DNA of 64,000 nt, taken from Chloroflexota bacterium (lineage in GTDB: Bacteria; Chloroflexota; Dormibacteria; CF-121). The position numbers were made by a program, and so were the translations under genes. Location of the stretch: positions 3,357 to 67,356 of the forward strand of contig VBDY01000120.1 of assembly GCA_005882775.1 (NCBI GenBank), written 5' to 3'. The notes under the pieces were generated by a model. It saw nothing but the letters and a program-made list of their open reading frames with translations, made no database searches and was not told the origin of the DNA. Of this stretch, positions 1 to 8,694 are shown piece after piece. Positions within the stretch are counted from its first letter, which is position 1; the number at the start of each line of letters is the position of its first letter.

Positions 1-16
1 AGGATGTAGATCTTCT

Positions 17-676
17 TCACATGGCCTCCGACTGCGTTCTGGGCTGGGCGTATTCCCCCTGGTTTTCCAACGGAAGCAGCTCGGCGATCTTCGTCATCAA
101 GAAATCCGCGCTCTGCTGATGATCCATCCGGCTGCCATCCCGATTCACCTCGGGAAGTGAGAACGGTTTGCCAAACACCATCCCAACCGGCGCCCGCCGC
201 GGAAGCACCTGGTGCCGCCCGAGCACCCGGTCCGACCCGGTGATGCCGATCGGGACCAGCGGTGCCCCCGAATGGCGGGCGATGAAACCGGCGCCCGGCT
301 CGGCCCGGTGCAGGCGAGCATCCTCGGCGCGGTGGCCCTCCGGGAATAGCACCACGGCTCTTCCGCTTCCCAACAGGCTGAAAGCAAGCCGCAGCGCCTT
401 TCGGTCCGCGGAATGGCGGACCACCGGAAAGGCGTGGTAGGCGCGCATGATCACGCCCGAGAATCGGTTACGGAAGAGCTCGGCTTTGGCCATGAACCAG
501 ACCGGCCGCGGCGTCCAGCCCCCGATCAGGGCAGGGTCGACCCCGCCAACATGATTCGAGACGATCAGCAGCGGACCGGTCCGCGGGACGTTGTCGGTGC
601 CGCGAAGCTGGAAGTTCCGGCCGAGGAGCACAAACGTGAGAAACCGTGCAAGACGCGTGAGGAATGAATAAATCAA
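17..676 (-). CDS. plsC: 1-acyl-sn-glycerol-3-phosphate acyltransferase (PlsC family)
   Basis: 219-aa ORF with TTG start. Acyltransferase motifs NHxxxxD (SNHVGGVDP) and FPEG are present. Confidence 0.8.
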   Translation of the reverse strand: MIYSFLTRLARFLTFVLLGRNFQLRGTDNVPRTGPLLIVSNHVGGVDPALIGGWTPRPVWFMAKAELFRNRFSGVIMRAYHAFPVVRHSADRKALRLAFSLLGSGRAVVLFPEGHRAEDARLHRAEPGAGFIARHSGAPLVPIGITGSDRVLGRHQVLPRRAPVGMVFGKPFSLPEVNRDGSRMDHQQSADFLMTKIAELLPLENQGEYAQPRTQSEAM

Positions 677-682
677 ATCGGA

Positions 683-1351
683 TCAGCGCCTGGGCAGTCG
701 GGCCATCACTTCTTCGAAGACTTGGTGGACGGACTTGCCCTCAGTCGCGACGATTATAGCATCGGGTGCTGCGCGTAACGGTGCAATCTCACGCTCAGAA
801 TCCGCACGGTCGCGGGCTTCGATTTCGTCCTCGAGCACCGCGTCTGGCGTGGCCTGGCCCAGGGTTCGATCGAGGTCGCGGCGCCGGCGGGCTACGCGTT
901 CCGCGGGCGAGGCGGTGAAGAAAAACTTGATGTCCGCGCCGGGAAAGATAACGGTCCCAATGTCCCTGCCCAGGACCACCACGTCACTTCGCTCGAAGGC
1001 CCGCTGCTGGCCGACCAGGAGGGCGCGGACCTGGGGCAGCCGGGAAATGCTGGCAAGCTCCCGGGCGATGGCCGGGTCGGACGCCTCGCGGGTGATGTCG
1101 CGACCGTCGATCATGACCAGCGCCGTTCCGGGCGCCGGGTCAGCCGTGGTGTTGACCGTGATGCGCAGGCGTTTGATCATGTCCTCCAGCCCGGCAATGT
1201 CGTCGGGCTCGATGTGTTCGTGCCGCGCCTGGACGGTCACGGCTCGGTAGAACAAGCCGGTGTCCAGCAGGGCAAACCCGAGTGCGGCCGCCACCATCCG
1301 GCCGATGGTGGTCTTCCCGGAGCCCGCCGGGCCATCAATGGCGATGATCAC
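683..1351 (-). CDS. cmk: cytidylate kinase
   Basis: P-loop IIAIDGPAGSGKTT with typical Cmk downstream sequence. The ORF tool extends to 1558 through Arg-rich junk that overlaps rluB. The probable start is GTG at 1351..1349, 16 nt after the rluB stop, giving MIIAIDGPAGSGKTT (~222 aa). Confidence 0.85.
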   Translation of the reverse strand: MIIAIDGPAGSGKTTIGRMVAAALGFALLDTGLFYRAVTVQARHEHIEPDDIAGLEDMIKRLRITVNTTADPAPGTALVMIDGRDITREASDPAIARELASISRLPQVRALLVGQQRAFERSDVVVLGRDIGTVIFPGADIKFFFTASPAERVARRRRDLDRTLGQATPDAVLEDEIEARDRADSEREIAPLRAAPDAIIVATEGKSVHQVFEEVMARLPRR

Positions 1352-1367
1352 TCTTTTTCGCGCGACA

Positions 1368-2090
1368 CTACAAGCCCACCGATGCGCGCAGGGCGGCGAC
1401 CTCGCGGCTGGCCAGCCCACGCGTCGCCCCCGATTCGAGCGAACCGAGCGTGAGCGGACCCATCCGGGTCCGTTCGAGATCCAGCACCCGGTGACCCAGC
1501 GCGCCCCATAGCCGCCTGACCTCGCGCTTGCGTCCTTCCTGGAGAACCATGCGGACAAGGGTCTGCTCGTCGGCGCCTTCGGCGCCTTCGATTACTTCGA
1601 GCCCAATGGGCGCGAACCGCTCGGCACCGATGGCCATCCCCTCCTGCAGCCGCCGGATCGCATCAGCATCAGGGCGGCCCGAGATCAGTACGCGGTATTC
1701 CTTCTCGACATGGTAGCGCGGGTGCATCAGGCGCATGGCGAGCTCGCCATCATCGGTGAGCAGCAGGAGCCCGCGGCTATCGAGATCGAGGCGACCGACC
1801 GGAAAGAGCCGCCCCAGGTCCGGTTTGAGGCCCGCCATCACGGTCTGCCTTCCGCGATCATCGCTGGCCGCGGTCAGGACGCCGGCCGGCTTGTTCATCA
1901 ACACGTACGTCCGGCGAGCCGGGATGCTGACCGGGTGGCCGTCCACGGTAACCCGGTCGGAGAGCGGGTCGACCTGCTCGCCCAAGCTCGCGACCGTCCC
2001 GTTCACTCTGACCTGGCCGGCGGCGATCAGCCGGTCGGCTTTTCGGCGAGCGGCTACCCCGGCCTGGGCTAGGAAGTGGTTGAGCCTGAT
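1368..2090 (-). CDS. rluB: rRNA pseudouridine synthase, RsuA/RluB family (S4 domain plus catalytic domain)
   Basis: The catalytic core (PVGRLDLDSRGLLLLTDDGEL, HPRYHVEKEY) lies in ORF 1368..2006, which has a GTG start. The S4 domain IRLNHFLAQAGVAARRKADRLIAAGQVRVNG is encoded in frame upstream of that GTG, up to a TGA at 2126..2124. There is no ATG/GTG/TTG in that stretch, and ATC at 2090 is the only near-cognate. The 5' end overlaps the scpB 3' end. Confidence 0.8.
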   Translation of the reverse strand: MRLNHFLAQAGVAARRKADRLIAAGQVRVNGTVASLGEQVDPLSDRVTVDGHPVSIPARRTYVLMNKPAGVLTAASDDRGRQTVMAGLKPDLGRLFPVGRLDLDSRGLLLLTDDGELAMRLMHPRYHVEKEYRVLISGRPDADAIRRLQEGMAIGAERFAPIGLEVIEGAEGADEQTLVRMVLQEGRKREVRRLWGALGHRVLDLERTRMGPLTLGSLESGATRGLASREVAALRASVGL

Positions 2091-2641
2091 GCCGCGGGAG
2101 CCTCGGGAAGAGGGGGTAGCTCCTCAAGGCTGCTCAATCCCAGGATCTGGAGAAATTTGATGGTGGTTCCAAACAGCCGGGGCGTGCCCGGCGCCTCCAG
2201 GCGGCCGGTCTCCGTGATCAGATCCTTCTCCTCGAGGCTTTCCAGGACCGCCTCGCAATTCACGCCGCGGATCTCCTCGATCCGCGCCCGGGTGAGTGGC
2301 TGGCGGTAAGCGATGATGGCGAGCGTCTCATAGGCTGCGGGCGACAGGCGAGAAGGAAACTCCGGACGCAGGACCCGCCGCACCACATCGGCCTGCGATG
2401 GGTCGGTCACCAGCTGCAGCTGGTCCTGGTGCCGTTGAAGCAGCAGCCCGCGTCCTGAGAGTCGCTCCGCCAGGGCGGCGGCAGCCATCTCCACCTGGCT
2501 CAGGGGAGCCTGCAGGATATCGCGGAGCTCGAGCACGGTCACGGGGCGATTCAGGGTGAAGAGCACCGCCTCCAGGCTCGAGGCAAGGTCGCCCACCTGG
2601 TCGACGGTTCCCGCAACCGCAGTATCGATCACCGGCTTCAC
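2069..2641 (-). CDS. scpB: segregation and condensation protein B
   Basis: Winged-helix ScpB motifs (LEAVLF, PLTRARIEEIRGV). Overlaps the scpA stop by 4 nt. Confidence 0.85.
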   Translation of the reverse strand: MKPVIDTAVAGTVDQVGDLASSLEAVLFTLNRPVTVLELRDILQAPLSQVEMAAAALAERLSGRGLLLQRHQDQLQLVTDPSQADVVRRVLRPEFPSRLSPAAYETLAIIAYRQPLTRARIEEIRGVNCEAVLESLEEKDLITETGRLEAPGTPRLFGTTIKFLQILGLSSLEELPPLPEAPAASGSTTS

Positions 2642-3375
2642 TCCTCCTGCGGCGCCCTGGCCCGCACCTTGATCTCAGCGAAGGGAGAACCCTGGACGAC
2701 GCTGATCTCCCCGATTCTAATCAGCTCCAGCAGGGCCAGGAAGATGACCACGGCCTCGAGCCGGGTCCGCGCCCGAGAGAAGACCGCGGTGAAGCTCGTC
2801 TCAGCTTGCCCGGACAGGAGCCGGCGCAGCTCCTCTAATTTGTCCGCCAGGGATATGTGCTCCATTTCAAAGGCGATCTGCTCGGGTGGGGGAAGGCGGT
2901 CGAGCACCTGCTGGAAGGCTGCCGCCAGGGCGTCCAGGCTGACCTGGACCCGCGCCTGCGGGATCACCTCCGGCTCGAACAGGCCGGCGAAGCTGAACCG
3001 ACCAGTCGCGTGCCGCCGCATCAGCGACTCGGCCAGCTCCTTGAAGCGTTTGTACTCGGCCAGACGGCCCTTGATGGCCTCTTCCCAGGCCTCCAGGTCG
3101 TCTTCCTCGGTCGAGGAAGGCTGTGGCATCAGGCCGGCCGCCTTGATCTGCACCAGACGGGCGCCGATGACCAGGAACGCCGCCAGGCGATCGAGTGGCG
3201 GACGTTCCCGCTCGATGGCGCGCAGGTAATCGTCTGTCAGGGTCGCCAGCTGGATCGCTTTCAGGTCGACCTCGGCACGCTGGGCCAGGCTGAGCAGCAG
3301 CTCGATCGGACCGTCGAAGGCGGGACTGCGGACCAGGTAGACCGGATTCTGCTCGAGCTCGATGTCAGCCGTCAA
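2638..3375 (-). CDS. scpA: segregation and condensation protein A (kleisin)
   Basis: ScpA-like N- and C-terminal regions (FDGPIELLLSL...; C-terminal winged helix). Coupled to the flanking genes by ATGA overlaps. Confidence 0.85.
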   Translation of the reverse strand: MTADIELEQNPVYLVRSPAFDGPIELLLSLAQRAEVDLKAIQLATLTDDYLRAIERERPPLDRLAAFLVIGARLVQIKAAGLMPQPSSTEEDDLEAWEEAIKGRLAEYKRFKELAESLMRRHATGRFSFAGLFEPEVIPQARVQVSLDALAAAFQQVLDRLPPPEQIAFEMEHISLADKLEELRRLLSGQAETSFTAVFSRARTRLEAVVIFLALLELIRIGEISVVQGSPFAEIKVRARAPQEE

Positions 3376-3878
3376 TTTCGGCTGTCGGCCCGGCGCAGCC
3401 GGCGGGTGACGTCCAGCTCCGGATGCTCGGCGTGATGTTCCTCAACCACAGCAGCCAGTTCAGTCGCGCCCACGGCGCGAAGCCGAGCCGCGCCCAGGCC
3501 GGCGTGGTCGCGATAGCTCTGATAGCGCCGGCGAAAACCGGGGCGAATGCGCAGCAGGCCGGCCAGCATGCTCGGCGAAAACCTGTTGAGGAAGACGGTC
3601 AGGCTTCGCTCGACCACGCTGAGTCGGGCGTCGGCTTTCCCCATGTCGTGTAAAAGAGCCGCCTGCTGCAGCAAGGCGGGGGCGGCCACGCCGTCGCGCT
3701 CGATTGTCTCAAGCACATCGAGCCCATGCCGTCGATCGTTCACGGGCAAGGCGACGAAGAAAGGTGCGAGCCGGGGCCCGAGGATCTCGGTGGCCCGCGC
3801 GTTTTCCGCCGAGGAAACCCGAGCCGAGCTGTGGCGCCAGAACTGACCAACCCGACGGAGGACTGGCTGCACGGTCAC
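3372..3878 (-). CDS. HD-domain phosphohydrolase
   Basis: HD motif LLHDMGK. 168 aa. Start overlaps the nadK stop by 4 nt. Confidence 0.6.
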   Translation of the reverse strand: MTVQPVLRRVGQFWRHSSARVSSAENARATEILGPRLAPFFVALPVNDRRHGLDVLETIERDGVAAPALLQQAALLHDMGKADARLSVVERSLTVFLNRFSPSMLAGLLRIRPGFRRRYQSYRDHAGLGAARLRAVGATELAAVVEEHHAEHPELDVTRRLRRADSRN

Positions 3879-4726
3879 GCCCCGGCGTCCGTTAGGGGCT
3901 GCCCCCAGCGTAGCTTCTGCCGGAGCAGCTCGAAGAAGTTGCGCTTTTGGTCAAAGCGGACCAGCTCGACCGCCCCCCGCCCCAGGGCGACCTGCACCTC
4001 GGCGCCCGCCTCGAGTGGCGTGCTCACCTGACCATCGCAGCTCAAGAGGCCGGAGCCCTCGGGGAGGCGAATCGACACTCGCGCGTCGTGAGGGAGCACA
4101 ACCGCACGGTTGAAAAGACTGTGGGGATTGAGGGGCAGGAAGATAAGCACCCTCGCGTCCGGACGTACGATCGGACCGCCGAGAGAGAGGGCATAGGCGG
4201 TCGATCCGGTCGGCGTCGACACCACGGCCCCGTCCGCGTCAAACCGTCCCGCCGGGTCGTCGTCGATGGTCACATCGAGCCGGATCAGATTCAAAACCTC
4301 GCCCTTGTGGACGACGGCATCGTTCAGGGCGAAAAACCGCTGTGGCTTTCCCATCACCTGGGCTTCGAGGAGCGGCCGCGGCTGGAGCACGAAGTCACCG
4401 CCGGCCCAGCGGTCGAGCGCGGCTGCGACGTTGTCGAACTGCACCTCGGTCAGAAATCCAAGCCTGCCGGCATTCACGCCGAGCAGGGGCACATGCGCGG
4501 TTGCAGCTTGCTGCGCCGTCCAGAGCAGGGTGCCGTCGCCGCCGAAGCTGACCAGCAGCTTCGTGCCATCGAGCTCTCCGTGCAGAACTCCGGGCTTTTC
4601 GTCACTGGTGGCGCAGTGAGTCCAGACGCGATAGCCGCGGCTCTCAAGCCGCTCCCGGGCCTCGCGCAGGCGCGCGTGCCCGATGTCCACCCGGGGGTGG
4701 CAGATGAATCCGACCGCGTCAGGCAT
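3875..4726 (-). CDS. nadK: NAD+ kinase
   Basis: GGDGTLL and NxGxLGFL motifs. The ORF extends to 4936 through junk. The true ATG at 4726 overlaps the tlyA stop (ATGCCTGA, 8-nt overlap). Confidence 0.85.
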   Translation of the reverse strand: MPDAVGFICHPRVDIGHARLREARERLESRGYRVWTHCATSDEKPGVLHGELDGTKLLVSFGGDGTLLWTAQQAATAHVPLLGVNAGRLGFLTEVQFDNVAAALDRWAGGDFVLQPRPLLEAQVMGKPQRFFALNDAVVHKGEVLNLIRLDVTIDDDPAGRFDADGAVVSTPTGSTAYALSLGGPIVRPDARVLIFLPLNPHSLFNRAVVLPHDARVSIRLPEGSGLLSCDGQVSTPLEAGAEVQVALGRGAVELVRFDQKRNFFELLRQKLRWGQPLTDAGA

Positions 4727-5459
4727 CCGGCACCAGGTGCAGAAAGAATTCGCGGTTTCCCTTGGCGCCGAGGATGGGGGAAGGCGTCTCCCCCAGCACA
4801 CCGTATCCGATCGTGGCGGCGAACTCGCGAAGCTCGCGCAATACCTGCGAGTGTACCGCCGGGTCGCGCACCACGCCACCCTTTCCGACCTGCCCCTTGC
4901 CGGCCTCGAATTGGGGCTTGACCAGGGCCACCACATCGCCCGGCGGGCTCAGCAGCCCCCGGACCACAGGCAGCACCAATCGAAGCGAGATGAATGAGAC
5001 GTCCACCACGCCCAGGTCTGCCTCGACCGGGAGACGGTCAAGGTGCCGGATATTGACGCGTTCCATCACGATAACTCGCGGATCCTGCCGCAGAGACCAG
5101 GCCAGCTGCCCGTAGCCGACGTCGACGGCAATCACCCTGTTCGCTCCCCGGCGGAGCAGGACATCGGTGAAGCCACCGGTCGAGGCACCCACGTCGAGAC
5201 AGGAGCGCCCGCGTGGGTCGATCCGGAGCTGGTCCAGAGCCGCGGCCAGCTTCTCCCCGCCCCGACTCGCATAGGCATCGGTGGACTGCACCGCTATCGG
5301 TGTGGCGGTCTCCACCAGCTGGTCGGGCCGCTCGGCCACCCGGCCGCCCACGGTTACCAGACCCGCCCGGATCAAGGCCTGGCCTCGCTCCCGTGAGGCC
5401 ACCAGACCGCGGCTGACCAGTGCCTGGTCCAGCCGTAGACGTTCCGCCGCCACGATCAC
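4719..5459 (-). CDS. tlyA: TlyA-family rRNA 2'-O-methyltransferase (hemolysin A-like; S4 plus FtsJ fold)
   Basis: S4 RNA-binding N-terminus and a SAM-MTase motif (VDVGYGQLAWSL... in the ORF; DVGASTGGFT). Confidence 0.8.
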   Translation of the reverse strand: MIVAAERLRLDQALVSRGLVASRERGQALIRAGLVTVGGRVAERPDQLVETATPIAVQSTDAYASRGGEKLAAALDQLRIDPRGRSCLDVGASTGGFTDVLLRRGANRVIAVDVGYGQLAWSLRQDPRVIVMERVNIRHLDRLPVEADLGVVDVSFISLRLVLPVVRGLLSPPGDVVALVKPQFEAGKGQVGKGGVVRDPAVHSQVLRELREFAATIGYGVLGETPSPILGAKGNREFFLHLVPDA

Positions 5460-5896
5460 CTCAGGTGCCAGCCGATACCCAGCACGAAGCCAAGCAGCGC
5501 GCCGGCGACCACCTCGATCGGCGTGTGCCCGATCAGCTCACGCAAGCGCTCCTGGCGAAAACCCTGGTGGGCAAAGATGTCATCGAGCAACCGGTTCAGG
5601 ATCATCGCCTGCTGGCCGGCGGCGCGGCGGACGCCGGTGGCGTCGTACATGACCACCGTAGAAAAGATCAGGGCGATGGCAAAGAGCGGGGAGTCGACCC
5701 CCTGGAGACGGCCGATCACGGTGGTCAGTGATACCACCAGGGCGCTGTGCGAGCTGGGCATGCCGCCCGCCGTGCCCAGTCGCCGGACGCTCAGGCGGTG
5801 CATCAGAACCGAGTCGACGATCACCTTGCTGGCCTGAGCGATCGCCCACGCCACCAGGGGGATGACAAAGTAGGGATTGCCGAAGAGCAGGCTCAC
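5456..5896 (-). CDS. divergent PAP2 / acid-phosphatase-like membrane protein (DUF212, YuiD-like)
   Basis: GMPSSHSA motif and hydrophobic helices. Probable GTG start at 5896..5894 overlaps the xseB TGA (GTGA). The longer ORF extending to 5968 would overlap xseB by 75 nt. Confidence 0.6.
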   Translation of the reverse strand: MSLLFGNPYFVIPLVAWAIAQASKVIVDSVLMHRLSVRRLGTAGGMPSSHSALVVSLTTVIGRLQGVDSPLFAIALIFSTVVMYDATGVRRAAGQQAMILNRLLDDIFAHQGFRQERLRELIGHTPIEVVAGALLGFVLGIGWHLR

Positions 5897-6108
5897 TGGG
5901 CCGGCACCGGCCCCGGCGGCGACGCCTCGGCCAGCCGTCGTTCGGCGTCGCGGAGCAGCTCGGAGCAACGCTTGGCCAGGGCCAGGCCGCGCTCGAATTG
6001 CCGGACCGACTCGGCGAGGTCCTCCTGGTCCCGGCCGAGCCGCTGAACGGTCTTCTCCAGCTCGGCGACAGCCGTCTCGTAGCTCATGCCTGGAATATCG
6101 TCGTTCAC
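5893..6108 (-). CDS. xseB: exodeoxyribonuclease VII small subunit
   Basis: 71-aa helical protein (ETAVAELEKTVQRLGRDQEDLAESVRQFERGLALAKRCSELL). ATGA overlap with the nusB stop. No xseA in the window. Confidence 0.8.
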   Translation of the reverse strand: MNDDIPGMSYETAVAELEKTVQRLGRDQEDLAESVRQFERGLALAKRCSELLRDAERRLAEASPPGPVPAQ

Positions 6109-6518
6109 GGTTCGGACTTTGCCTCGGCCGCGACTTTCCCCAGGATGCCGTTTACGAACTTGCCGGAATCAGGACCGCCGAAGGTCTTGGCCAGCTCGAT
6201 CGACTCGTTGATCGCCGCTTTCAACGGAACGCTCGGCAGGAACCTGATCTCGTAGGTGGCAATCCGGAGCAGGGTGCGCTCGACCTTGGCCATCTGGTCG
6301 AGGCCCCAGTTCTGTGACGCCTCGGCGAGCTGGGCGTCGATTTCAGCCCGATGCTCCAGCACGCCCGTGATCAAGGTGCGCGCGAAGGTCGCCACGGCTT
6401 CGTCGGCGCGCGCCTCGGCGACATGGTACTGCAGAGACCGCTCGGCATCCTTGCCGTTCGTCTCGAGCTCGAAGAGGACCTTGAGGGCGAGCTCGCGAGC
6501 GAGGTGCCTGCGACCCAG
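6105..6518 (-). CDS. nusB: transcription antitermination factor NusB
   Basis: The ORF tool starts at GTG 6395 (96 aa). The conserved NusB N-terminus RRHLARELALKVLFELE... continues in frame up to the Asp23 TAG at 6530..6528. CTG at 6518..6516, with AGGGGA 5 nt upstream, gives MGRRHLARELALK, which matches the canonical NusB start. Confidence 0.8.
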   Translation of the reverse strand: MGRRHLARELALKVLFELETNGKDAERSLQYHVAEARADEAVATFARTLITGVLEHRAEIDAQLAEASQNWGLDQMAKVERTLLRIATYEIRFLPSVPLKAAINESIELAKTFGGPDSGKFVNGILGKVAAEAKSEP

Positions 6519-6527
6519 CGAAGTCCC

Positions 6528-6878
6528 CTAGCTGTCGCCGGGGAAGCGAACATCCCCGATGAAGACATTCACCTGGCGGACCTCCAGGCCAAGCATCTTG
6601 TCGATGGCGTCTGCGACCTGACGCTGAACTTCGGCCGCAACCGTGGGTACGTGTACGGAGGCGTCCACCACCAGGAAGAGCTCCAGTTGGAGAGAGTCCG
6701 TCCCCATGTCCACCCGGACCCCCTTGTGGGCGGCGGCCGGCTCGAGCACCCGGTGGCCGTCGCGGGCGCCCGCCGGATACATGCCCGCGATCCCCTGTAC
6801 CTGGCAGGCGGTGAGCGAAGCGATGTGCGCGATCACCTCGTTCGCCACCTTGACGCTGCCCAGCGGCCGGTCGGGCAT
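6528..6878 (-). CDS. Asp23/Gls24-family alkaline shock protein (YqhY-like)
   Basis: Typical Asp23 fold sequence. Positioned directly upstream of nusB as in Bacillus. The ATG overlaps the efp stop (TGATG). Confidence 0.8.
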   Translation of the reverse strand: MPDRPLGSVKVANEVIAHIASLTACQVQGIAGMYPAGARDGHRVLEPAAAHKGVRVDMGTDSLQLELFLVVDASVHVPTVAAEVQRQVADAIDKMLGLEVRQVNVFIGDVRFPGDS

Positions 6879-7435
6879 CAGACCCGCTCCACGTAGGCGC
6901 CGGTTCGGGTATCGACCCGGATCACGTCGCCCTGGTTGATGAAAAAGGGAACATTCAGGGTGAGCCCGGTCTCCAGAGTGGCCGGCTTGCCTCCGCCGGC
7001 TGCGGTATCGCCGCGAAACCCCGGCGCCGTCTGGGTGACGGTGAGATCCACCGTGGTGGGCAGCTCGACGCCGAGTGGGTTGCCTTCGTACATCAAGACT
7101 TCCAGCGGCGTGTTCTCCTTTAGATACTGCAGCGAATCGCCAAGCTGGTCGCCGTCCAGAGGAATCTGGTCGTAACTTCGAGAGTCCATGAAGATATGGC
7201 GCTCGCCGTCGCTATAAAGGTACTGCATCGGGACTTTCTCAATTCGCACGCGTGGAAACCGGTCCTTGTCTCGAAACTTCTGCTCGATGATGGCCCCACT
7301 GCGCAGATGCTTGAGCTTGGTGCGAAAGAAGGTATCGCCGCGTCCCATCTGGCTCTGCTGAAACTGCAGGACTTCGTAGGGCTGACCCTCCCACTCGATC
7401 GTCATGCCGTTACGAAACTCGTTCGGTGAGACCAT
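6878..7435 (-). CDS. efp: elongation factor P
   Basis: 185 aa with full-length EF-P similarity (NGMTIEWEGQPYEVLQFQ..., the KPGKG-type loop is GGKPA). Confidence 0.9.
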   Translation of the reverse strand: MVSPNEFRNGMTIEWEGQPYEVLQFQQSQMGRGDTFFRTKLKHLRSGAIIEQKFRDKDRFPRVRIEKVPMQYLYSDGERHIFMDSRSYDQIPLDGDQLGDSLQYLKENTPLEVLMYEGNPLGVELPTTVDLTVTQTAPGFRGDTAAGGGKPATLETGLTLNVPFFINQGDVIRVDTRTGAYVERV

Positions 7436-7453
7436 TTCAGGTGTGAATCTTAC

Positions 7454-7957
7454 CTACGTGGTCGGCGGCGTCCCGGAGCCGGAATGCCGTCGAGCTTCCA
7501 TCTGGCTGAATATGGCGTTGCGCAGCTGCTGCGGATGCGGGACCATGCGCAGCCACTCGCCGCTGTCCCGTCCCGCGGACTCCAGCTCGATGTCTCCGAA
7601 CCCCCAGGCGCGGCCCCACAGCCCCTGGTAGGTGGTCAGGTCCTGGATCCGGTCGATCGCAATCGAGCGTGAGAACCGGGTCAGGACGCCTTCGTTCAAT
7701 ACGATCCGCTGGTCGGTCAGCACGTACTCGTGCGAGCGCCAGCCCCAGTAGTAGAGGTTGAGGATGATCAGGGCCACCACCACGATGCCGAGCAGCGTAA
7801 AGACCTTGATCTCGCCTGCGACGGGTACCAGGGCGGTGGCCACCAGCAGGACGACTGCGGCGATGATGGTGAAGGCGAAAGGCCGCAGCAGTATCACCCA
7901 GTGCTGAAACGAGCGAGCCAGAAGGTGTTCCCCGGGCAGCAGGTCGGCTTCTCTCAT
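7454..7957 (-). CDS. membrane protein with bacterial PH domain (bPH_2, YdbT/DUF304-like)
   Basis: Two TM helices followed by a PH-like domain. Start overlaps the upstream gene's stop by 4 nt. Confidence 0.6.
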   Translation of the reverse strand: MREADLLPGEHLLARSFQHWVILLRPFAFTIIAAVVLLVATALVPVAGEIKVFTLLGIVVVALIILNLYYWGWRSHEYVLTDQRIVLNEGVLTRFSRSIAIDRIQDLTTYQGLWGRAWGFGDIELESAGRDSGEWLRMVPHPQQLRNAIFSQMEARRHSGSGTPPTT

Positions 7958-8619
7958 GGCTGCTGAATCAAGAGGGTGAGCAGGGTTCCGGCGACCAGAA
8001 ACGGCGCATACGGCACGGCCTGCTTGAGCTTAGCCCGGCGGGCCAGCAAGAGCAAGACCGCCACCGCTCCCCCGATGTAAACACCGGCCAGCAGGGCATG
8101 AACCATTCGCAGGTTGGAGAGCCCGGTGGCAAGCCCAATGAACACGGAGAGCTTAACGTCCCCGAAGCCGAATGCTTCCTGTCCCAGCAGGAACGTGCCG
8201 CCCACGAACAGCACCAGGAAGATGCCGCCCGCGATGACTCCGGCGATGAGAGCCGTGCGCCAGTCCGCGGCCGGCCAGCTGGCCTGGCTCCAGGGGGTGA
8301 TGAAGGCGAGGCCAAGGGCGATCACCCAGCTCGGAAACATGACCGCGTCGAGAATCAACCGGTGCTTCAGGTCGAAGGCGAAGACCTGCACCAGGATGGC
8401 GATGTAGACGGTGTCTATCAGCAGCACCGGCTGGAAGCCGAGCTTCCCGGCAAAAACGGCAAACAGGATCGCCGCCAGCGCCGGGGCCACCAGCTCCTCG
8501 CGGCGGCTGGGCCGGTGCTCGATCTCCTCGACGCGGGCCAGCCACCGGGAGACGAGGTTCAGGACGAACCCGGCCACCAGCCCCAACAGGCCCCAGCCGA
8601 TGGTGAGGGGCAGGTTCAC
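7954..8619 (-). CDS. A24-family prepilin peptidase (short TadV/CpaA/ComC-type)
   Basis: Polytopic membrane protein with the GFGDVKL and PYAPF signature regions of type IV prepilin peptidases. No pilin or secretin genes nearby. Confidence 0.65.
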   Translation of the reverse strand: MNLPLTIGWGLLGLVAGFVLNLVSRWLARVEEIEHRPSRREELVAPALAAILFAVFAGKLGFQPVLLIDTVYIAILVQVFAFDLKHRLILDAVMFPSWVIALGLAFITPWSQASWPAADWRTALIAGVIAGGIFLVLFVGGTFLLGQEAFGFGDVKLSVFIGLATGLSNLRMVHALLAGVYIGGAVAVLLLLARRAKLKQAVPYAPFLVAGTLLTLLIQQP

Positions 8620-8694
8620 CTGGTGGCTCCCCAGCTTTCAACGCGCACTACGACGGATAACGATCCACGAGGGCAAAGATTCGCTGGGCCTGCC

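Noticed and set aside
4726-4936. 5' extensions of ORF-tool calls. The span here is the nadK extension; others are on cmk, mltG, DUF1292, ylxM, cdsA, tsf, ftsY, yraN and the DUF5658 gene
   Set aside because: The extensions encode Arg/Ser/Pro-rich junk overlapping the upstream gene. Internal starts sitting at ATGA/GTGA junctions give textbook N-termini.
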